Part shown: positions 51,511 through 62,852 of the stretch, piece by piece
How the letters are laid out: the number at the start of each line of letters is the position of its first letter
Numbering within the stretch: the stretch's first letter is position 1
Origin: an uncultured Methanoregulaceae archaeon
GTDB taxonomy: Archaea > Halobacteriota > Methanomicrobia > Methanomicrobiales > Methanospirillaceae
DNA: 64,000 nucleotides
NCBI GenBank assembly: GCA_963701095.1
Contig: OY969564.1
Location: 96,001-160,000, forward strand
Reading direction: 5' to 3'
Notes under the pieces: generated by a model
What the model saw: the letters and a program-made list of their open reading frames with translations, nothing else
Told to the model about the DNA's origin: nothing
The model's database searches: none
Translations under genes and position numbers: made by a program

Positions 51511-54500
51511 GTCGTACCCCGTGCGGGTACGTGGATTGAAATGGGATCGAATGCAAGGCGCAGGAAACCCTCAATATCGTCGTACCCCGTGCGGGTACGT
51601 GGATTGAAATACCTATGCGCCTTCATCAGGCAACGCTCCACTGAGTCGTACCCCGTGCGGGTACGTGGATTGAAATCATCCGTGATGTTCTTTGAGCCAT
51701 GCTTTCTTATGTCGTACCCCGTGCGGGTACGTGGATTGAAATTATGGTACTCTTATGCGATATGGGGGGTCTATTCGTCGTACCCCGTGCGGGTACGTGG
51801 ATTGAAATATCGGTACTGCACACGGAATGTCGACGAATCCCGGGTCGTACCCCGTGCGGGTACGTGGATTGAAATAGGCGCGATGCAGTAATAAGACTCC
51901 CGATTGAGGGTCGTACCCCGTGCGGGTACGTGGATTGAAATCTCGACCGGGTGAGCACGATCCAGGCGATTGTCAAGTCGTACCCCGTGCGGGTACGTGG
52001 ATTGAAATAAAACCATCGCGCGAGAAATGCCAGAAAAAGAGAGTCGTACCCCGTGCGGGTACGTGGATTGAAATCGGTTTCGACTGGCGTACGAGAATGC
52101 AGACCGTGGTCGTACCCCGTGCGGGTACGTGGATTGAAATAAATCTTGATCCAATGCGGAGCCATGGAAGGGAACGTCGTACCCCGTGCGGGTACGTGGA
52201 TTGAAATAGTATATACAAGTATATACAAATATACAAATATAGTCGTACCCCGTGCGGGTACGTGGATTGAAATAAAAGCCCCGAAGAGATCAAAGAAGCA
52301 CTGGAAAGTCGTACCCCGTGCGGGTACGTGGATTGAAATACCTTTACCCAGCGGGCCCTTGGATATTCTCTATGTCGTACCCCGTGCGGGTACGTGGATT
52401 GAAATAATCAACGCGCGACTCTCTGGTGTAGAGGAGTGAGTCGTACCCCGTGCGGGTACGTGGATTGAAATGTGTGCAGGAAAACGCAGAGCGTCTGGTG
52501 ATGAGTCGTACCCCGTGCGGGTACGTGGATTGAAATCCCCGGTAACGAACACGGTAACGGTCACGAGTTTGTCGTACCCCGTGCGGGTACGTGGATTGAA
52601 ATCTACGGCTGCAGTCGGGGTGATTTTGACACCCGTGTCGTACCCCGTGCGGGTACGTGGATTGAAATTGAATCTGCGTGCCTGTAATGTCATGGTTCCT
52701 CGTCGTACCCCGTGCGGGTACGTGGATTGAAATATTTCGATAATGGCGGTACTGTGCCAGGGTCCGGGTCGTACCCCGTGCGGGTACGTGGATTGAAATA
52801 CGATAAGCGCGAGCGGTTCCCCGCCTTCTGAATGTCGTACCCCGTGCGGGTACGTGGATTGAAATCGGCTTAATGAGCAGACCAACAACCATGAATGAAG
52901 TCGTACCCCGTGCGGGTACGTGGATTGAAATTCTGTGGTGTGGCGCTCCGACATCCGCAGCTTCCGTCGTACCCCGTGCGGGTACGTGGATTGAAATTGA
53001 TCAAAGACGTTCCGATGCTCGCAGAAGGCGTGTCGTACCCCGTGCGGGTACGTGGATTGAAATCGTTTGATCCACGGCATCGCACTCCTGAAATACGTCG
53101 TACCCCGTGCGGGTACGTGGATTGAAATTGGTACCCAAGCTGCTGAAGCATCTGATTAATGGTGGTCGTACCCCGTGCGGGTACGTGGATTGAAATACGG
53201 GCACCCGGTATCTGGGCAAGAGTGTTCAGGTCGTACCCCGTGCGGGTACGTGGATTGAAATCAGTTACACACGAGGTGGTAACAACGGTCAATGAGTCGT
53301 ACCCCGTGCGGGTACGTGGATTGAAATTCATCGTCATAACCATTATTGTGGGAAAAGTCCGTCGTACCCCGTGCGGGTACGTGGATTGAAATTTAACAAC
53401 CTGCCCCGTAACGTGTATTGGTTCTGTCGTACCCCGTGCGGGTACGTGGATTGAAATCGCACGAACTGGAAATACACATCAGCAATACTGAGTCGTACCC
53501 CGTGCGGGTACGTGGATTGAAATTATTTAAGGAAGTGATGTGAGATGGTTTACACAGAGTCGTACCCCGTGCGGGTACGTGGATTGAAATAAACAGGAAG
53601 TGCTTAATCCCGGGCAGGTCGCCAGTCGTACCCCGTGCGGGTACGTGGATTGAAATCGCTCCCTGATGATGAGGGCGGCCTTCCAGGACGGTCGTACCCC
53701 GTGCGGGTACGTGGATTGAAATTTCCCGGTGTGTGGCCTGACGTGCGCTCATCTCGTCGTACCCCGTGCGGGTACGTGGATTGAAATGGAATGCCCACAT
53801 CTGAAAGCGGAAGACGATGAAGTCGTACCCCGTGCGGGTACGTGGATTGAAATTCCTCATCGGGTGAAATGTGGGACTGGTTTGAGAGTCGTACCCCGTG
53901 CGGGTACGTGGATTGAAATAATAAGAAAGAAGTATGGTGCTAAGGGATTAAGGGTCGTACCCCGTGCGGGTACGTGGATTGAAATACCTGGAGCCCGGTC
54001 GCGGCCGCACCCACTTTGATGTCGTACCCCGTGCGGGTACGTGGATTGAAATAGGGTATTGGTAGCCACACTACCAGATAACCCGGGTCGTACCCCGTGC
54101 GGGTACGTGGATTGAAATGGAAGTGCATTGTAAACCAGAGAGTTAGTTGCTGGTCGTACCCCGTGCGGGTACGTGGATTGAAATCGGGTGTGTCGGCTAT
54201 TACAGCACCCCTGCGTATGTCGTACCCCGTGCGGGTACGTGGATTGAAATAGGGTATTGGTAGCCACACTACCAGATAACCCGGTGTCGTACCCCGTGCG
54301 GGTACGTGGATTGAAATGGTACACTTTGCGATCCCCGCTGCAGAACTCATGTCGTACCCCGTGCGGGTACGTGGATTGAAATTTGAGGACCACGATAGGA
54401 GCGGCCCCGGTTGTGTGTCGTACCCCGTGCGGGTACGTGGATTGAAATAAGATCCGCGCGTTGTTGGATCTGTTTTTGCATGTCGTACCCCGTGCGGGTA

Positions 54501-55503
54501 CGTGGATTGAAATTCTTCTTCATTGCGGTTAAAATAGAGTACTTCAGGTCGTACCCCGTGCGGGTACGTGGATTGAAATAATTTTAACCGCTCCTGTTGA
54601 ACTGCCGACGACGGTCGTACCCCGTGCGGGTACGTGGATTGAAATATCCCAACAACCGCATAGGTGCCGGCGCGTAGAGGTCGTACCCCGTGCGGGTACG
54701 TGGATTGAAATCGGTTACTTGAGAGATCATATCCAGGAGCTGCCCGTCGTACCCCGTGCGGGTACGTGGATTGAAATCTGTAGATTTCTGCGAGCTGATC
54801 ACGTAGAAGATGTCGTACCCCGTGCGGGTACGTGGATTGAAATGATCATGGTGTCACGTCCGGCAAAATCTTATGAGTCGTACCCCGTGCGGGTACGTGG
54901 ATTGAAATGCGGTTCTGAACAAGCATTGGCCGGATGTGCCGAAGTCGTACCCCGTGCGGGTACGTGGATTGAAATATGCCCTCGCCCGGTTGGGTCACGA
55001 TATGCACCGGAGTCGTACCCCGTGCGGGTACGTGGATTGAAATGCGGCCCGGTGCATCTGCACCAGCAGCGGAAAAGTCGTACCCCGTGCGGGTACGTGG
55101 ATTGAAATTTCCCGGAACCCTGCGACATCTGCCGGTCTAGTTGTCGTACCCCGTGCGGGTACGTGGATTGAAATATATTTCCAGCATTTTTCTGGGTGAA
55201 ATTCACTCGTCGTACCCCGTGCGGGTACGTGGATTGAAATCCTCTAGCACCGTGCCACAGTCCTCACAATATCGTCGTACCCCGTGCGGGTACGTGGATT
55301 GAAATACTGACAGCCACGCACCGGCGGCAATGGTAAACCGTCGTACCCCGTGCGGGTACGTGGATTGAAATTTGAATATGCCGGTAAGTATATGGGTCTA
55401 CTGGAGTCGTACCCCGTGCGGGTACGTGGATTGAAATCTGATGCGAGTCCGTTCCTGCTGGATGGCTGCAGGTCGTACCCCGTGCGAGTACGTGGATTGA
55501 AAT
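51511..55503 (+). CRISPR. Type I-C CRISPR array, 61 repeats / 60 spacers (manual count)
   Basis: 32-bp repeat GTCGTACCCCGTGCGGGTACGTGGATTGAAAT; spacers ~33-36 bp; last repeat has one substitution. Confidence 0.98.
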
Positions 55504-55835
55504 AATTCTTCGAACAATTTTTTTTCAAATTAAGGGAAAGGTAATACAGTCCTGTCCTGCTTTCCTTTTATTTACATAAAATGAAAACAGAAGCGTTCGA
55601 AAAATATGCTCAATTTACCGTAAATAACAATTAAAGAAAAAATACAGTTCAAGAAAAATAAATAGCTAAAAACAAGATCTTTTGGGACCATTTCGGCCGT
55701 AGTCGCCGAACTAGGACAAGCTGAATTATTGTCTCATATTCCCTCTCTTCTCTGATGTTCCGTATAATACCCCGAATGTGTCAGAAGGGGTCCGGGCAAA
55801 AGATAGAACAAAAAGAGATACCAGCGCCGAAAAAA

Positions 55836-56487
55836 TTATGCGTCCTTTCGTACAAGCCGGCTCCCGAGTTCGTACGCCTTTTTGCAGTCGAGCGGGAACT
55901 GTTCTTCCTTGTGTTTCTTTTTTGCCACCGGATCAAAGAGCGTGGATACGTACTTTGAATAATCGTCGAACTGGAACGTGTTAGTGACCCAGAGCGTGTC
56001 GCATGAACCGAAGATCCGGGCCATTGCCATCTCGGTTGGCTGCTCAAACCGGTCAAAGCCCATTTCCTTTACCATTGGTTCCGGGGCCCCGGCCGTGTAG
56101 ATAAAACCCGTCCGGATCTTTTTCCCGAAAAGCGAGGAGTGCTCCGGGTCGTAGACCGAGTACTGGAACATCAGCCGTTCGAGAAACGATCGTGTCATTC
56201 CCGTAATTAGCGAGTAATAGATGGGCGAACCGATGAGGATCGCGTCTGCGGCCCCGACTTTTTTAAAGAGCGGCAGGAGTTCGTCCTTTACCGGACAGTG
56301 TCCATAACTTTTCCCACCGATCCTTTTACAGGCAAAACAGACTTGTGCAGCCCGTGTAGTCCAGATCGTAGAGATGGATGAGTTCAGTTTTAGCCCCTTC
56401 GGATTTTGCGCCTTTGAGTGCATGTTCAAGGGGAGTTGCGGTGTTCCACTTCTTCCGTGGGCTGCCGTTAATTGCTAAAACTTTTAT
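55836..56487 (-). pseudogene. Flavodoxin/iron-sulfur flavoprotein family gene with apparent start loss and frameshifts
   Basis: KVLAINGSPRKKWNT, C..CFACK, IGSPIY, FLERL; 5' part in shifting frames. Confidence 0.7.
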
Positions 56488-57335
56488 TATAACCACGTCA
56501 CTTTGAGAGGTTTGCTGCGCTCCGGAATGCGCATCGGTTTATACTTTGGATACCCGGCCAATATCGCGCCGGCAAGCTTGCGGTTGTCCGGGATGTGGAG
56601 GGCTTCTCTTACGGGACGATAATTCTGGGCAACACTGACCAGCCGTCCAGCCCAGCACGTCCCGAGCCCGAAAGCCGGGGCGGTGACATCGACATGGGTA
56701 AGTGCGATGATCGCATCGGTCTCTACCAGACCCGTGGAATCCGCCTTCCCCGTGGGAACATGGGCGCCGATAAGAACCGGGGCGCCCCGGCAGACAATAT
56801 CGATTCCTTTATTCCAGTATTCAGTGAGTAAAGGAATGTATCCACTGATAGGATGATCACTTTTCCCCGATTCCTGTAAATAATCCATCGTAAGTGCGGC
56901 TATGGTATGGACTTTTTCAGCACCGTTCACGACTACCCATTCGACAGGCTGGTAATTGCTCCCGGTCGCAGCATAGCGGGCGATCCCAAGGATCTGCATA
57001 AGGGTTTCATTGGCCACCGGATCGGGACGGAATACCCGGATCGAGCGGCGACTTTTAAGATAGGTACCTAGAGTTTCCGGATGCATCAATCCAGGCGCTG
57101 CTGCACGTTGGAGGTGCACACCTTCCTTGTGTTCGCGGGTCAGCGCCCCGGTCGGACAGAATGCTTCGCAATGCCCGCAGGACAGACACCCTGCCTCCTT
57201 CGAGGACGGGATTTCCGGAAGCGCAGCATCGTTATCAGCCCGTGCTATAATCTGCGTCGTGCAAATCTCCGAACAGATCCCGCACTGGGTGCAGAGATCA
57301 CGATCAACGGTTATTCCGACCATAAGGATAACCAT
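56487..57335 (-). CDS. Nitroreductase with N-terminal 2x[4Fe-4S] ferredoxin domain
   Basis: CTQCGIC...C, CLSCGHCEAFCP, RRSIR, GLGTCWAG. Confidence 0.92.
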   Translation of the reverse strand: MVILMVGITVDRDLCTQCGICSEICTTQIIARADNDAALPEIPSSKEAGCLSCGHCEAFCPTGALTREHKEGVHLQRAAAPGLMHPETLGTYLKSRRSIRVFRPDPVANETLMQILGIARYAATGSNYQPVEWVVVNGAEKVHTIAALTMDYLQESGKSDHPISGYIPLLTEYWNKGIDIVCRGAPVLIGAHVPTGKADSTGLVETDAIIALTHVDVTAPAFGLGTCWAGRLVSVAQNYRPVREALHIPDNRKLAGAILAGYPKYKPMRIPERSKPLKVTWL

Positions 57336-57446
57336 CCTGAAAATATGAGATCGGCGTTGCCGTCAGTTTCTTCAATTTTTCTCATACCCGGTTTGAATCG
57401 TTCGCTTTGCATACCAACTAGTACGCCTGGCCATAATAAATAGTTT

Positions 57447-57461
57447 GTTAGATTAACTAAC
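57447..57461. promoter_or_regulatory. Palindrome GTTAG-N5-CTAAC, candidate MarR operator
   Basis: Upstream of the nitroreductase, next to marR. Confidence 0.45.
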
Positions 57462-57474
57462 CAATTTTATTGAT

Positions 57475-57990
57475 TTACTCTTTCTTTTCCGGTGAGCATT
57501 CAATCATAATCCGGAAGGCTTCTGTAAGGGTTTTCTGCTGGTTTTCTGTTGTGGTTTTCTCAATCTGTTTTATGAATGCCTCAAAAACCCGCTGTTTGTG
57601 TTTAAAAACTTGACAACCTTTTTTGCTCAGGGACAGGAGGAATTTGCGCTGGTCAACATCGGATTGGGTTCGGACAACGAATCCATCCTTCATAAGTTTT
57701 GTAATTGCGGCGTTGGCTGAAGGTTTTGAGACACCGAGTTTTTGGGCAAGCTCAGTTAAGGTGATCCTATCGTTGCGTTGGATACCTCGGAGATAATAAA
57801 ACTGGTTGAGGGTAAGATCGCAAAAGCCAATCTTTTCCATTTCGACCTTATCTGCCTCAACGGTAACTTGGCGGTACCGTTCAATAAACTCAACAAACAG
57901 GTCCCCTAATTCCATAGCAGTACATAGAACCAATTCAAGTATTAAGGTAATGAAGGGTTCTGTTGCATTATCGGGACTTTGAATTGTCAA
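57475..57990 (-). CDS. MarR-family regulator (start probably ~57915)
   Basis: LTELAQKLGVSKPSA...KL..DGFV.R..S..DQR...L.L...G. Confidence 0.88.
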   Translation of the reverse strand: MTIQSPDNATEPFITLILELVLCTAMELGDLFVEFIERYRQVTVEADKVEMEKIGFCDLTLNQFYYLRGIQRNDRITLTELAQKLGVSKPSANAAITKLMKDGFVVRTQSDVDQRKFLLSLSKKGCQVFKHKQRVFEAFIKQIEKTTTENQQKTLTEAFRIMIECSPEKKE

Positions 57991-58146
57991 TATTGATGGG
58001 ATATTATCATATTATTTTTCGCTAAGTTCCGATCACTTTCACATCTCCCAAGGCCGGATCCTTATCCTCCTCAGTGCAGCAGGGATCCGGTGCTATGCAA
58101 ATCAAGATCCTCGAGCACCAGGACTACGAAAGACCGGAGTGGGATC

Positions 58147-60091
58147 GTGTGGATCCTTGATTCCGCGTACCGAGATCATGGTATTGACCTCTGGACAAAG
58201 GATGGCACTGTAACCAAAACCCATTACGACTATCAGCCACCTTTTTACGTCCACCTCCACGACCCTCACGCTCACCATGAGATGATCGAAGCATTGGAAG
58301 AGCGGTACGGTGCGGAGGAGTGCACCATCAAAACCATCTTTGGCGAACTCCCCGGGTACGCTGTCTTTGCAGGCCGGGATGTGGCCGAAGCGATAGAACG
58401 GCAGGCGCAGTTCGACATCGATATCTTCAACGTTGATGTGCGCCGGGACCAGCGGTTCATGGCCGAGCGTGGGATCTGCCCGTGTGTGGGAGAAGGTGAC
58501 GACCGGTTTTCCCCGGAGATTGCACATGACCTTACCGTAATGGAAATTGACATCAAGGGCAACCCGGCGCTCTCCTCGCAGTTCACAGAAATTGAAGTGA
58601 AGGGGATCCACAGAGAACGGCTTACCGGTGAGAACCATGAAGTCCTCGGAGCACTCTTCGGGCTCGTCAGTTCCCTTGACCCCGATGTAATCCTCATGCC
58701 GGATGCCGATACCTGGATGCCGAAGATCCGGACGCTGGCAAAGCAGTATGACCTGGTCATGCCCTTCTCGCGGAATGGAAAGTACCGGCAGATGGACGCC
58801 CGCTCGTACTGGAGTTACGGCAGGATGGAGCACAAGGAATCCGCGCTTATTCCGGACGGGCGCATCCTGATCGATACCGAACAATCGTTCGTGTTCCGGG
58901 AGGGCGGTCTGGAAGCAGGTACTCATGGCCGCCCGTCTCGCAGGACTCTCCCCTAACCTTGCGTCCCGGTTCACGCCGGGAACGCTCATCAGCAGTTACG
59001 AAGTCTACGAAGCAGTAAAACGGGGGATTGCGGTACCGTTCCGCAAGAGCGACCCCGAGCAGAGCCGCAAGCTCTCCGCCCTCCAGGCTGCTGACCGGGG
59101 CGGGATGATGTACCAGCCGAAGCCAGGAACGTATGAGAATGTCGAGGAGATCGATTACACCTCCATGTATCCCTCAATCATCGTAAAAGCGAACCTCTCT
59201 CCGGAGACGGTCGGGCATCAGGAGCGGGCGGGATTCCTTCCCGCCGTCCTCAAGCCGCTGCTCGAACTCCGTATCAGAACCAAGCGCCTCAAGAAGACCA
59301 ATCCACGGTTTGCCGGTACTGATGCAATTCTCAAGTGGATGCTCGTCACCTGTTTCGGGTACACGGGCTACAAGAATGCAAAGTTCGGGAGAATTGAGGT
59401 TCATGAAGGCATCACAGGCCGCTCCCGGGAAATCCTGATACAGACCAAAGATATCGCTGAGGAGATGGATTTCCGGATACTGCACGGGATCGTAGACTGC
59501 CTCTGGGTGCAGGGATCACCGATCAAAGCACTCAGGGAACGGGTCGAGCGTGAGACCGATATGCTCCTTGAAGTTGACCACTTCGACTGGATCGTCTTTC
59601 TGCCGCTCGCGGATGGTTTTGGTGCCTATAACCGATATTATGGCAGGCAACCGGATGGTAGTATCAAGGTCCGGGGGATTGCCGCAAGAAGGCATGATAC
59701 GGCAGAGTACGTGCGCGAGATGCAGAGCAGGATGCTGGATGTCATGTCCCGGGTAAAAACGATTGCAGAACTCAAAGAGACACAGGATGAAGTCACACGA
59801 ATTTACCGGGAAACCATACACAACCTGCCGGCGGCGGATCCAAAGGAAATGATGATCAACCGCCGGATTAGCCGGCTCACGTATGCGCACCGGTGCATTG
59901 AAGGCGCAGCAGTGCAGGCATACCAGGATAACAAGATAGAGATTGCTCCCGGTATGAAAATTCAGTACGTTGTGACCGATGCCCGGCGATACAAAGTGGA
60001 ACCAGTGTGGTGCGCATCATCGTTTGATGTTGGGTATTACCGGGAATTGATCGATAAGGCATATGCCGAGATCAAGTTCGCATTTTCCTAA
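58147..60091 (+). CDS. Family B DNA polymerase, PolB2-like (frameshift near 58920)
   Basis: DYTSMYPSII, KW.LVTCFGY.GY, HGIVD in place of YGDTD, NRYYG, KVRG. Confidence 0.82.
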
Positions 60092-60153
60092 ATAAGACAA
60101 AAAGAGAGATCCTGTGAACCTTCACCGGATTGTGGGGGCAATGAACCCACAAT
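60030..60153. repeat. ~125-bp direct repeat, copy 1 (polB 3' end plus two hairpins)
   Basis: Near-identical to 60654-60781. Confidence 0.9.
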
Positions 60154-60188
60154 GTGCGGATAGGGCCTGTTTTGATTGAAAGGGAATA

Positions 60189-60443
60189 TCACCGATCATA
60201 TACTTTCTTTCTCGGACCTACTTTTAAAATGGAAACCATCAATTCCGTATCATCAATTTCAAGGATGGCCCGATAGTTCCCGACACGCTGATGATACCAT
60301 GGATATCCCTCACATCGTTCTGCCGTGCGGTGAGGATCTTCCGATAACGATTCAATTTTATCAACAATTCGTTTTGAGATTGAGGGAGATAACTTCTCCA
60401 AATCCTTGCGTGAACGATCTGTCCAAAAAATAGAATAACTCAT
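60189..60443 (-). CDS. relE: RelE/ParE-family toxin
   Basis: KDLEKL...RIV.KI..L..DP, RVGNYRAI, VGPRKKVY. Confidence 0.88.
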   Translation of the reverse strand: MSYSIFWTDRSRKDLEKLSPSISKRIVDKIESLSEDPHRTAERCEGYPWYHQRVGNYRAILEIDDTELMVSILKVGPRKKVYDR

Positions 60444-60589
60444 TCAATCCCAAGTTTGGCACGTACTTCTTTGGTAGTGTAGACATGCCCCTGACGGATA
60501 TCTTCTTGGGCCTCGGCAATGTCCTTTAAATCCTGCTCATCCAGATATGCATCCGGGTTTTTGCAGGTCTTTTTGATAAGCTCCGGCAT
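60440..60589 (-). CDS. RelB-like antitoxin (49 aa)
   Basis: DLKDIAEAQEDIRQGHVYTTKEVRAKLG; ATGA overlap with relE. Confidence 0.75.
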   Translation of the reverse strand: MPELIKKTCKNPDAYLDEQDLKDIAEAQEDIRQGHVYTTKEVRAKLGIE

Positions 60590-60653
60590 GATACAATAGT
60601 TATACCCGGACGAGATTATCAAACCTGCGATTATTCCAGTCGTATTTTGCCCC

Positions 60654-60781
60654 TTGGGTATAATCGGGAATTGATCGATAAGGCATTGGCAGAGATCAAG
60701 TTCGCATTTTCCTGAATAGGACAATGAAAAAGAGAGATCCTGTGAACCTTCACCGGATTGTGGGGGCAATGAACCCACAAT
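60654..60781. repeat. ~125-bp direct repeat, copy 2
   Basis: Encodes GYNRELIDKALAEIKFAFS*, the polB C-terminus. Confidence 0.9.
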
Positions 60782-60922
60782 TGCCGGAGTGGATTCTGGT
60801 GCGTTGTCGGGACTTTTAATTAGTCAACATTGATAGGTCACGACGACTTCATTTTCGTGACATTCACGAGGGTAACATAAACCGGAGAGATTATCTCATT
60901 TTCGGGTCATTGTTTCATAACA

Positions 60923-61291
60923 ATGGAAAAACTGTCGGTTGAGAAAATTATCGAGATTCACAACGACATCATTGAGGACTTCGGGGGGGAGCACGGCGTC
61001 CGAGATCTCGCAACTATCGAATATCTCATCTACCGGCTGGAGCGGAAAAGCAGCGTATTCCATAAGGCTGCAATTGCCTTGCACGCGATTTGCACCGATC
61101 ACCCCTTTATCGATGGAAATAAGCGGACAGCCTTTGTTGTTGCAGATAACCTGTTAAAGGAGAGTGGATACCGCATTCAGGCGACCGATGACGAGGTCGT
61201 CTCGTTTATGCTTGAAGTGGCACAATACACTCACACGATGGAATCCGTTAAAAAATGGATAAAAAAGAGTGCTGTATTACAGACGGCTTAA
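60923..61291 (+). CDS. doc: Doc/Fic-family toxin
   Basis: HPFIDGNKRTA. Confidence 0.9.
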   Translation: MEKLSVEKIIEIHNDIIEDFGGEHGVRDLATIEYLIYRLERKSSVFHKAAIALHAICTDHPFIDGNKRTAFVVADNLLKESGYRIQATDDEVVSFMLEVAQYTHTMESVKKWIKKSAVLQTA

Positions 61292-61408
61292 CTGCTCAAG
61301 GGCGCGGTGATACGTCTTTTTGGTCTCGTCAAGGTGTGCCCGTTCGGTCTGGGTAAGTCCGTTTTTGGGCTGCTCTTGAGACTGCTTGTTTTTTATCTGC
61401 TCGTTCAT
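61277..61408 (-). CDS. 43-aa putative antitoxin convergent with doc (not in the ORF track)
   Basis: MNEQ...HLDETKKTYHRALEQLSRL*. Confidence 0.5.
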   Translation of the reverse strand: MNEQIKNKQSQEQPKNGLTQTERAHLDETKKTYHRALEQLSRL

Positions 61409-61617
61409 GATCTCTTTTTATTTTTCCTCTGAAGTGATAAAACTATCAATACGACGTATCCGGGTTTTCAATAGTGAGATGCGGACATCCAAGGCCTCAG
61501 ACCCTGCCCTGCTTAATCAATAAATACATCGCTCCGGGAAAGTCATAATCGACTAATACTACACACTTTATACGATCTTAGGTTCGATCGTAAATAGTAC
61601 ACTCACTTTCACCCGAT

Positions 61618-61700
61618 AACTCCCCCCTATTTTTAATTATTTTGTGATATTATTCTAATTATATAAGGAGATTAACTTGACGGTACGTTATTGTTAAATG
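61618..61700. repeat. 82/83-bp direct repeat, copy 1
   Basis: One substitution and one C-run indel versus 62771-62852. Confidence 0.92.
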
Positions 61701-61736
61701 CAAAAATCCGTTATCCGAATAATGGATGAAAAAAGA

Positions 61737-62171
61737 TCAAATATTTAGTGATACTTCCCCGGCAGGAAGCGGTCTGACACAGAGTGTCTTCTGGTGCATA
61801 CCCCTCATAACAACATCGATCTTGCGGGAGGTCTCCGTAGTGTAATATGATTCCCCGCACTTTTCGCAAACATACGCCGGCACATCTTTAATTACAACGA
61901 TTTCGTTGCCAGCCCTTCCCATAAACTCTGTAGTGGATTCTTCGAGTGTTCCATCACAGAAAGAACAACGATCGAATTTTACCCTTGAAGGGCTCAAAGA
62001 GGACTTAGATTCGATTTTATGGCCACCGGACCTCTTTCCAATGCGAGTGGTTGACACGTCCTTATCTTTTGGTGCGAAGACAGGTGAGATGCTGTCTGGA
62101 TTTTCCGCAAACTTTTCCTTCATCTTTCGCATGAAGAGTTTTTCCGTATTTTTTGTTTTTGATGTTGCCAT
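61737..62171 (-). CDS. YgiT-type (MqsA-like) zinc-finger protein with N-terminal extension
   Basis: CSFC...IKDVPAYVCEKCGESY. Confidence 0.85.
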   Translation of the reverse strand: MATSKTKNTEKLFMRKMKEKFAENPDSISPVFAPKDKDVSTTRIGKRSGGHKIESKSSLSPSRVKFDRCSFCDGTLEESTTEFMGRAGNEIVVIKDVPAYVCEKCGESYYTTETSRKIDVVMRGMHQKTLCVRPLPAGEVSLNI

Positions 62172-62200
62172 AATGCTTCCCCCCTTTGAATTACTTCGTT

Positions 62201-62503
62201 TTACCTTCTTCTACGGTGCTCTACCCATTTCTCTTCTTTCGGAAAATATGCGGTGATGACGACGAGATGCTCCGGGCAAAATGCTACTACTACATGATAT
62301 GCGATATGGTTAATAAAACCGAGTATAACGGCGGAGGGACAGGGAATTCTATGGGGATCTTCCTCAATTATTTCACCAGAAGCGACAATATCCATCACTT
62401 CGTCCGTTGAAATATTCCGTTCGAACATTCTGTCCCGGGCATGTTTAGATATGAGGACCGCATCCCTCTCAACAAATTCGGCTCTCCGCGCAGCTGCCTC
62501 CAT
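62201..62503 (-). CDS. DUF4258-family protein (putative toxin partner of the YgiT finger)
   Basis: SKHARDRMFERNI, GEIIE, HVVV, VITAY.P...W. Confidence 0.85.
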   Translation of the reverse strand: MEAAARRAEFVERDAVLISKHARDRMFERNISTDEVMDIVASGEIIEEDPHRIPCPSAVILGFINHIAYHVVVAFCPEHLVVITAYFPKEEKWVEHRRRR

Positions 62504-62770
62504 TACATTTACCCTGACTAGGTTACCTGTCTATCATTATTCCATCGTAAAAGATATAATTAACTTCGATGGGATTCACGGGTTCTGTAAAGTCTGCGGG
62601 AAAACATAAGGAAAATGAGGCTTTCGCATGAGTGAGCACCCCCCGTCACTGGCAACTATCTGGAAATTCCAGATCGTTCATCCGCGAAATGGTGGGATAT
62701 TAACTGAGAAGTGAATGTGCAGATTATGCATTTTTTCTTTGAGTAACCATTTTTCATTAATCTGCGACGG

Positions 62771-62852
62771 AACTCCCCCTATTTTTAATTATTTTGTGAT
62801 ATTATTCTAATTATATAAGGTGATTAACTTGACGGTACGTTATTGTTAAATG
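62771..62852. repeat. 82-bp direct repeat, copy 2, running into the candidate attR core
   Basis: Matches 61618-61700; contains TTATATAA. Confidence 0.92.

Noticed and set aside
51541..55528. Many 60-240-aa ORFs across the CRISPR array
   Set aside because: Artefacts of repeat translation (FQSTYPHGVR, VVPRAGTWIE)
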